Shown here piece by piece: positions 47,716 to 53,592 of a stretch of 53,592 nucleotides of DNA; within the stretch, counting starts at the first letter, position 1, and each line of letters opens with the position of its first letter. The stretch lies in the IMG/VR virus record IMGVR_UViG_3300043420_001594, positions 1-53,592 of that record; one strand, given 5' to 3'. Made by a program: the position numbers and the translations under genes. The DNA comes from a virus. Its lineage: Duplodnaviria > Caudoviricetes. The notes below the pieces were generated by a model, which searched no databases, had not been told where the DNA came from, and saw only the letters and a program-made list of their open reading frames with translations.

Positions 47716-48285
47716 ATGAACGAGATTCTTGCTCAAGCGTACGGTACCCGTGAGAAGTTGGCCTCGGCCGTCGAGAAGACCGCCGAGGCGGCGCTCCTGG
47801 ACGAGCTGGTCAAGGTTGCGGAGGCTGAGGGCGTGGACCTGAACCAGCTCGACGACAATGACATCGCCGAGATCCTGGCCAGCGCCATGCAGGAGGCTGC
47901 CGCCGAGAAGACGGCGTCGGCTGAGGACGAGGGCCTGTCGGATGTCGACAGCGCCAAGCTCCAGGAGGCTGACTTCCTGGGTCGCGTGATGGCTCACGCC
48001 ATGTTCGACGAGATGGCTAGCATTCAGGACGGCGATGTCGAGAAGACGGCGTCGGCTGAGGAGCAGGAGTTCCTGCAGGCCTTCGAGTCGATGGCCGTCT
48101 ACAAGGCCAACGAGATCCTGGCCGCCGTTGGCGTCGAGGAAGCGGGCGAGCACGTCAAGACCGCGGCTCCGTACGAGGTCGAGGACGACCAGCTCGCGAC
48201 CGCCATCATCGAGCGCGCCGGCGAGCTGCTGGACGAGGCTGGTTGGGATGTCGATGCCATCGCGAGGGCGCTGGAAGGCATGTAA
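47716..48285 (+). CDS. Acidic scaffold-like protein with repeated EKTASA
   Basis: GAGGAG RBS before ATG 47716; very acidic; six K-x-A motifs. Confidence 0.65.
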   Translation: MNEILAQAYGTREKLASAVEKTAEAALLDELVKVAEAEGVDLNQLDDNDIAEILASAMQEAAAEKTASAEDEGLSDVDSAKLQEADFLGRVMAHAMFDEMASIQDGDVEKTASAEEQEFLQAFESMAVYKANEILAAVGVEEAGEHVKTAAPYEVEDDQLATAIIERAGELLDEAGWDVDAIARALEGM

Positions 48286-48293
48286 GGGTCTTT

Positions 48294-48400
48294 GCTCAAC
48301 CCATCACCTGGTAATAAACTGGTGCGGTGGGTTGGGCGGACGATAGCCTCGGTCGCGGCCCACCAGGTAGTCGCTGAGACTGGGTGGTGGGCCGCGACCG
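48294..48400 (+). promoter_or_regulatory. Tandem stem-loops in intergenic region
   Basis: Stem 1 GCTCAACCCATC/GGTGGGTTGGGC with G-U pairs. Stem 2 is a perfect 16 bp (48350-48365/48385-48400) just before the AGGAGAGG RBS. Confidence 0.65.
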
Positions 48401-48419
48401 GACGGCAGGAGAGGTCGGG

Positions 48420-49100
48420 ATGTCATCGAGTAAACTGATCCAAAGCCTGATGGGCGCCAAGCCGGTCACCAAGACCGCGTCGGCTGAGCCCGGTCTGACG
48501 GACCCGGTCTACGTTGAGAAGTTGGCTTCCGCCGTCGACTTCATCCACGACCACTACGAGACCTTGGACATGGCCAAGGTGGCGGCGGCCAAGAGCGTCC
48601 CTGCTGCGGAAAAGATGCCGGCTAAGGAGATGGAGGTCACAAAGGCCATCACGGCTCCACCGGTTGACGACAAGATGGCCGACAAGGTCCGCGCATCTCT
48701 GGCGGAGAGCCTGAAGAATCGGCTCAAGAAGAAGGAGGCTGAGGCCTCCGTACAAGACGACGCAGTTGTCCAGTCAGTGCTGGGCAAGCTGTTGCGGATG
48801 CGTGCTGAGGTAGAGGCTCCGGCCGAAGAAAAGGCCGAGAAAGCCCCCGAGCAGCAGTCGCAAACTGAACCTGACTCCCCTGTGGAGGAGGAGACTGAGG
48901 TCAAGGCCGCCAGTTTGGCAGACTTGTCCTTGGCGGACGTACTGGAAGGTGCGCTCCGGGCCAACGAACTTGAGGAGGGCGTCTCCAGGGAACGCTCGAA
49001 GACTGCAAGTGTTCGTGGCGAAAAAGGGCCAACGGCCCGCAAAGCGGCTGTCCAGACCCTGAAGCAGGGCTTGATGGCCAAGTTCGGTAAGGAGGCGTAA
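48420..49100 (+). CDS. Scaffold/core-like protein with K-x-A motifs
   Basis: RBS before ATG 48420; TKTASA, EKLAS, AKVAA, VKAAS, SKTAS. Confidence 0.65.
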   Translation: MSSSKLIQSLMGAKPVTKTASAEPGLTDPVYVEKLASAVDFIHDHYETLDMAKVAAAKSVPAAEKMPAKEMEVTKAITAPPVDDKMADKVRASLAESLKNRLKKKEAEASVQDDAVVQSVLGKLLRMRAEVEAPAEEKAEKAPEQQSQTEPDSPVEEETEVKAASLADLSLADVLEGALRANELEEGVSRERSKTASVRGEKGPTARKAAVQTLKQGLMAKFGKEA

Positions 49101-49104
49101 ACAC

Positions 49105-49452
49105 ATGGAACGGTTGGATGAAAACTCCGTCCGTCAAGTCCTCTCCCAGGTGGGTCCGGTTCTCCGGGCACTCGTGGAAGAGAACGTGAAGCTAGCGAGT
49201 GCTTTGAAGGAAGCGCAGCGCGCCGAACAGGCGGAAGAGATCGTGACCATGATGGATGCTCGTGGTCTCAGCGATAGGTCGGTTCCTTTTAAGCAGAAGG
49301 TGGCAGCTTTGCTATCTTCTAAGAAGGACCTCGGCGTCGTCAAAGAGGCTCTGGCAATCGTCACCCCCGACATGTCCTTTGCTTCGTTGTCGGATGTTCC
49401 GGACAACGATGCCACCGACACGCTCGAGGGCTACCTGCTCTCGGGGCAGTAA
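49105..49452 (+). CDS. Head-module helical protein
   Basis: AAGGAGG RBS; VKLAS. Confidence 0.65.
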   Translation: MERLDENSVRQVLSQVGPVLRALVEENVKLASALKEAQRAEQAEEIVTMMDARGLSDRSVPFKQKVAALLSSKKDLGVVKEALAIVTPDMSFASLSDVPDNDATDTLEGYLLSGQ

Positions 49453-49474
49453 TCAGTAACTTCGGAGGTTCAAA

Positions 49475-50074
49475 ATGGCAGCTAAGACGATTAGTGCGAC
49501 TCGTCGCCGCAACGTCACGCCCACCTCGTCGATCCTTCGGATCGTGACGCGGGATGTGGACTGCAGCGCGTTTCCTGTAGCACCTGAGGATGGTCAGTTT
49601 GTAATCACCGCGGGCGACACCGCGGGCACCGGGTTCAGCGACTGGGCTAATGGTACGCCCTACGTGTTTTCGGATGCGACTGCGAACAACGTGACCGCTG
49701 AAGACGCGATTGGCTCAAGCATCAAGATGGTGTGGTCGTCTGCTCTGCAGACCGACCGCCAGGCTCTCGGCAACACCAAGGTGCCGGTGCTCTTCTTGGG
49801 CGGCGTGGAAGTGGAGTGCCAACTCCTCAATGCTGACGACAGCCTCGCGCTCAACCACGCCAACTACTACCCGGCCGGCACGTTGGTGACGGTCAAGAAG
49901 GCGTCGTCGTCTGTGCAGGGGACTGCTAACCGTCTGGTCATCAACCCGCTGGCGTCTGGCCACTATGGTTGGGCCGTTGGCTACGTGACCAAGACCACCA
50001 GCGACACGGCGGCGGACGGTAAGTCCGTCACCATCATGCTGTACGATCAGCCCCGCAAGGTCGGCAACTTCTAA
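49475..50074 (+). CDS. Probable capsid decoration/minor head protein
   Basis: GGAGG RBS; beta-rich; immediately upstream of the MCP. Function inferred from position. Confidence 0.55.
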   Translation: MAAKTISATRRRNVTPTSSILRIVTRDVDCSAFPVAPEDGQFVITAGDTAGTGFSDWANGTPYVFSDATANNVTAEDAIGSSIKMVWSSALQTDRQALGNTKVPVLFLGGVEVECQLLNADDSLALNHANYYPAGTLVTVKKASSSVQGTANRLVINPLASGHYGWAVGYVTKTTSDTAADGKSVTIMLYDQPRKVGNF

Positions 50075-50092
50075 TCCTAAGGAGGACACACA

Positions 50093-51301
50093 ATGAACCA
50101 GAATGTACCAGGAGAGGTCCTCAACGAGCTATTCTTGACGAAGCTCGACACTGAGGCCGGCAAAGAGAAGATCGCTCAGCTGGGCTCGGACTACATCCGT
50201 GACCGTCTCCGTGAGGAGTCGTTCTCGGCCAAGGTCCTGGCCAAGCGTCAGGTCTCGCGTTCGGAGCTGCAGGTCAGCGTCAACCACGACTACTTGGTCA
50301 AGATCGTTGAGATCGAGCCCCAGAGCCGTGCGATGTCGATGAGCTTCCGCGGTCAGCCGAGCGTCAAGTACTACACTGGCGATCGCTTTGAGTGCGCGTT
50401 CCACACCGTTGGTTCGCTGCGCTACGAGCAGACGGAACAGGAGCTGATGGCGTACTCGATGCCCATCACGCAGATCATCCGTCAAAACATCGTCAACGAC
50501 ATCGCTGAGGTTGAGGACCGCGTGTTCCTCGGCCACATCGAGTCGGCGTGCCAGGCGCTGCAGAAGGATGCCAACAGCATCGCTCTGACCGCGGCGTTCG
50601 CGGATGCCACGGCCTTCACGGCCCGCAACGTCGCCAAGACCTCTGGTGGCGTCAAGGAAGTGGGCAAGGCCAAGGGCATCGACGCCATCGCCAACACCGC
50701 TGCCGCCAGCGATGCTGCGGGTCTGTCGGAGAACCTGATCTTCCCCGTCCAGAAGGACGACATGATCAAGTTGTTCCAGCTCTTTACGGGCACGGGCAAC
50801 CGTGGTTCGCGTCTGCGCTGCGATCAGTTCCTCATCACCGACACCGACTTCGAGGACATCAACTCGTGGGCGCTGGCGGACATGGGCGACAAGATCGTGG
50901 GCGAGACCAGCGTCGACGGTTACAAGTACTCGACGGTGATCGGCCGCAAGTTCATCCGTACCCTGAAGACGGACATCCTCCGTCCCGGCAACATCTACGC
51001 CTTCGCGGCGCCGGAGTTCCTGGGCGGCTTCATGGTGCTGAACAAGCTGCAGTTCTACGCTGACAAGGAGCGCAACCGCGTTTCGTTCGAGGCGTGGGAG
51101 GACATCGGCATGTACATCGGCAATATCGCTGGTTGCCGCAAGCTGGAGCTGTACGCGGGTGCGGTTGAGGTGGCGGCCACCAATACCGCGACCGAGTCGG
51201 CTTACCGCGCCAAGTACCTGCCGGTGGCTGAGGATCAGCTGGGCAAGAAGAACAACCTCGTCGCCGAGGGTGGCACCTTCCCGAATATCCAGCAGTTCTA
51301 A
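50093..51301 (+). CDS. Major capsid protein (HK97 fold)
   Basis: AAGGAGG RBS, strongly biased codons, 402 aa. Follows the protease-scaffold-decoration order; DIAEVEDRVFL helix and WEDIGMYIGN C-terminal strand. Confidence 0.75.
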   Translation: MNQNVPGEVLNELFLTKLDTEAGKEKIAQLGSDYIRDRLREESFSAKVLAKRQVSRSELQVSVNHDYLVKIVEIEPQSRAMSMSFRGQPSVKYYTGDRFECAFHTVGSLRYEQTEQELMAYSMPITQIIRQNIVNDIAEVEDRVFLGHIESACQALQKDANSIALTAAFADATAFTARNVAKTSGGVKEVGKAKGIDAIANTAAASDAAGLSENLIFPVQKDDMIKLFQLFTGTGNRGSRLRCDQFLITDTDFEDINSWALADMGDKIVGETSVDGYKYSTVIGRKFIRTLKTDILRPGNIYAFAAPEFLGGFMVLNKLQFYADKERNRVSFEAWEDIGMYIGNIAGCRKLELYAGAVEVAATNTATESAYRAKYLPVAEDQLGKKNNLVAEGGTFPNIQQF

Positions 51302-51317
51302 GCTGGGGGTCCTGATG

Positions 51318-51361
51318 GGTGCGCCCCGTACATCCTGGTGGTGTGCGGGGCGTACCTGTTT
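51318..51361 (+). terminator. Hairpin after the major capsid gene
   Basis: 17-bp stem (51318-51334/51340-51356) with G-U pairs that form only on the + strand RNA, followed by TGTTT. Confidence 0.65.
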
Positions 51362-51457
51362 CCGGGGATGGTTGGGTTGACGACCAAGTCACTGATAGAC
51401 TGGGTGCGGATATTATCCTAAAGTGGCGTGGCCATTCACGGCACATAGGAGTCGAAC

Positions 51458-51907
51458 GTGATTTACGTCATCACCAACCTGATCCACACCTCTGGCGACC
51501 AGCATCGTCGTGGGCATCGTCTTCGCGAGTTCCGCAAGGGGCGCGTTCAGATTGGTCCTCGTAGCATCGATGAGGGCAGGTCCGCCTCCTTCTCGGAAGA
51601 GATGTACAACCAGTACAAGGAGCGGATCGACCACTACCAGCAGATCGGTATGATCAAGGTGGTGTCGTTCGGCGGCCCGGACCCCGTCATCCCCGCCGAG
51701 GATCCGGTCATCCTCCAAGAGACCGTCAGCGTGGTCGAGGCGGCGTCGGCGTCGGTGGAGCCGGCGCAAGAGGCAGCGGCACCCGAAAGTGTGTCGGAGC
51801 CGGCCGAGATCCCGGCCCCAGAGAAGTCGGATTCCGTTGACCCAGAGGAAGAGGTGCCGGCCGCGCCGGCAGCCAAGCGCAGGGGCCGTCCTCCCAAGGA
51901 GAAGTAA
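51458..51907 (+). CDS. Hypothetical protein with acidic linker and C-terminal AT-hook-like motif
   Basis: AGGAG RBS; ends KRRGRPPKEK. Confidence 0.65.
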   Translation: MIYVITNLIHTSGDQHRRGHRLREFRKGRVQIGPRSIDEGRSASFSEEMYNQYKERIDHYQQIGMIKVVSFGGPDPVIPAEDPVILQETVSVVEAASASVEPAQEAAAPESVSEPAEIPAPEKSDSVDPEEEVPAAPAAKRRGRPPKEK

Positions 51908-52450
51908 ATGGCGGACAATACCGACAAGGCTGAGCTTGGTATCCAACCGACGGTTGCGGCGGGTCTTCCGCCCAGACTGTTGCACGTCATCGCGATGGTG
52001 CGGGCCAAACTCCGGGACTACCCAGAGCTAAACCGACTGGTGGCGGGGCAGGAGACTAGTGATCGTCAGATCGCCTTAGCCATCATGGAGGCGATCGATG
52101 ACTACAACACCACGCCCCCGCTCATCGATCCCGTCACCCTGGACACTCACCCATCCATCTCGCTGCTGGTGAACGGCACCATCATCTATGTGCTGGAGTC
52201 GGTGGGTTTGCTGCAGACCCGCAACCAGATGAACTACGCAGACGGGCAGGGCGTGCAGGTCGGGGTCAACGACAAGTCCCCCATGCTGATGCAGTGGATC
52301 GGTCTGTTCCGCGGACAATATGAGCAGAAGAAGATGCGGCTCAAGCAGGCCGTTAACCTGAAGGGCGCGCTCAATCAGGGAGGCGTTCCATCCGAGTACG
52401 CCTTCGTGAACGGATTCTTCGACAACCTCTCAGACGGTAACCCGAGGTAA
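51908..52450 (+). CDS. Probable head-tail adaptor/neck protein
   Basis: VRAKLRD...SDRQI..AI..AIDDYN pattern and post-MCP position. Confidence 0.55.
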   Translation: MADNTDKAELGIQPTVAAGLPPRLLHVIAMVRAKLRDYPELNRLVAGQETSDRQIALAIMEAIDDYNTTPPLIDPVTLDTHPSISLLVNGTIIYVLESVGLLQTRNQMNYADGQGVQVGVNDKSPMLMQWIGLFRGQYEQKKMRLKQAVNLKGALNQGGVPSEYAFVNGFFDNLSDGNPR

Positions 52451-52452
52451 CG

Positions 52453-52857
52453 ATGCCGCAGATTCCTTACAAGGACACCCAGACTCTGGTCGTCCCTTTG
52501 GCCAACCCCAACGTGATTGTGTCGCTACCGATCCCGGACAGCCAACACTACCTCGGCTTCGCTATTCAGATCATCGACGCCAAGTGTGACGTCGGCAATC
52601 CTGCGGTCGATGGCGGATTTCGGGTTGAGGCGAACCTGGGCGGAGTAGACAGCAACGGAGATCCCGCGTGGGCTGTCGTCTACTCGGCGGACTTCTACGC
52701 TCCCCAAGATCCCCACTTTCATCAGGGTGAGGTCATCACCTTTAGCCTTCGCGCCCCTGCTAAGAATGGGATCAGAGTCGTCTCGAAGAGCGCCGTCACA
52801 GCAGGCGGCAAGGTCATGGTCTCCATGTACGAGCGTGCTTACCCGCCGCAGGTTTAA
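52453..52857 (+). CDS. Hypothetical beta-rich virion protein
   Basis: GAGGT RBS; in operon. Confidence 0.6.
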   Translation: MPQIPYKDTQTLVVPLANPNVIVSLPIPDSQHYLGFAIQIIDAKCDVGNPAVDGGFRVEANLGGVDSNGDPAWAVVYSADFYAPQDPHFHQGEVITFSLRAPAKNGIRVVSKSAVTAGGKVMVSMYERAYPPQV

Positions 52858-52881
52858 TATTATCAAGTAATGGGGCAGCGG

Positions 52882-53112
52882 ATGTCTGATCAAATTGCAC
52901 GCACATCCCCAGACGACCGTCGACTAACGGCGGCTGCGGAGTTCTTTCGGTCCTTGAAGAAGGAGGCCGGAGTTCCTGCAGCCGGCGGAATCCGCGCAGC
53001 TGCCCGTCGGGCAGTTCGTGGGCTCGTCCATACCAACCCGCTCCCGACACGGGGCGAGTCGGCGTTAAAACAATCCCTCGAGGCGAGGCTAACCAAGGCC
53101 CTGCGGGCCTAA
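52882..53112 (+). CDS. Small basic protein with K-x-A motif
   Basis: FFRSLKKEAG followed by an Arg-rich segment. Confidence 0.55.
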   Translation: MSDQIARTSPDDRRLTAAAEFFRSLKKEAGVPAAGGIRAAARRAVRGLVHTNPLPTRGESALKQSLEARLTKALRA

Positions 53113-53127
53113 CGTAAGGAGACCGTG

Positions 53128-53592
53128 ATGAACGCGATTGGAAAGTTTCAGTTGAAGCAGGCGCTGACCGAAGAGCTGACCAAGGAAGCAAAGAAGAAGG
53201 GCCTTGGTACCGCGGCTGAGGGCGCGACCTTGGGTGCCTTGTTGGCCGGACCCCTAGGTGCTGCTATTGGTGCGGGGATTGGTCGCAAGATGGGCAGTGG
53301 CAAGGGTGAGCGGTACAAGGGCTCACCCGCCGCTCGTGCTGCTGGCGGGGCACTCCTCGGCGGCCTCCCTCTCGCAGTACTGGGTGTCCGGCTTGGCGCT
53401 AAGGGCCATCTCAGGTCCGCCATCGCCTCGCACATCGCGGGCACTGCAGGTAGCGTGATCGGTGCCCGCCGAGCTGCGGCGAGCGCGTACGCCGGAAAGA
53501 ATAAGCACGCCTCGCCCGCCTCTGGTGCGGCGGTCGGTGGCGCGCTGCTGGGTCCAGTGGGCGCGATGATCGGTGCCGCAGCAGGAAAGAAG
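53128..53592 (+). CDS. Basic glycine-zipper protein, 3'-truncated
   Basis: AAGGAG RBS; hand translation MNAIGKFQLKQALTEELTKEAKKKGLG...GALLAGPLGAAIGAGIG...; open to the window end. Confidence 0.7.
   Translation, partial: MNAIGKFQLKQALTEELTKEAKKKGLGTAAEGATLGALLAGPLGAAIGAGIGRKMGSGKGERYKGSPAARAAGGALLGGLPLAVLGVRLGAKGHLRSAIASHIAGTAGSVIGARRAAASAYAGKNKHASPASGAAVGGALLGPVGAMIGAAAGKK

Larger units (their letters stand above)
1679..52871. repeat. Dispersed 13-bp quasi-palindrome ATYAB-N3-VTAAT (18 strict sites)
   Basis: Strict sites start at 1679, 3711, 7046, 8841, 14137, 18406, 21355, 23554, 26806, 31750, 33972, 36215, 38074, 42314, 43410, 46717, 48303 and 52859. Near matches at 6563, 11176 and 29382. 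Confidence 0.85.

Noticed and set aside
1-53592. Stop-codon reassignment
   Set aside because: TAA, TAG and TGA all end well-supported genes, and conserved genes are intact in the standard code.

Overview
A GC-rich 53.6-kb segment of a large tailed dsDNA phage (Caudoviricetes), probably contractile-tailed given its gpV-like spike. No host housekeeping context, integrase, tRNA, rRNA or CRISPR array is visible. There are three blocks. (1) 1-5.9 kb, + strand: tail/baseplate genes and a 1253-aa beta-helix tail fibre. (2) 5.9-22.1 kb, - strand: small membrane peptides behind a repeated promoter/leader, and a replication-recombination operon (XRE HTH, SF2 helicase, UDG-like, DnaB-like helicase, DnaG primase, Cys-rich SSB-like, family A DNA polymerase, RecA-like, Cas4-like exonuclease, RusA-like and PD-(D/E)xK resolvases). 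(3) 22.1-53.6 kb, + strand: virion module with portal, a 2088-aa single-chain beta/beta' RNA polymerase, spike, SNF2 helicase, Dps-like protein, terminase, prohead protease, scaffold candidates and major capsid protein. Four signals stand out. First, a K-x-A/S motif recurs in about 20 virion-module proteins and often closes a short N-terminal leader, suggesting a protease-cleavage/capsid-targeting code. Second, an AT-rich 13-bp quasi-palindrome (ATYAB-N3-VTAAT) occurs at 18 or more sites, roughly every 2-3 kb, inside and between genes. Third, the fused RNA polymerase has no recognisable alpha or sigma partner in the window. Fourth, a three-copy promoter plus leader hairpin precedes tiny ORFs, three of which end in Ala-Ala. 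All calls come from reading motifs by eye; no database searches were run.
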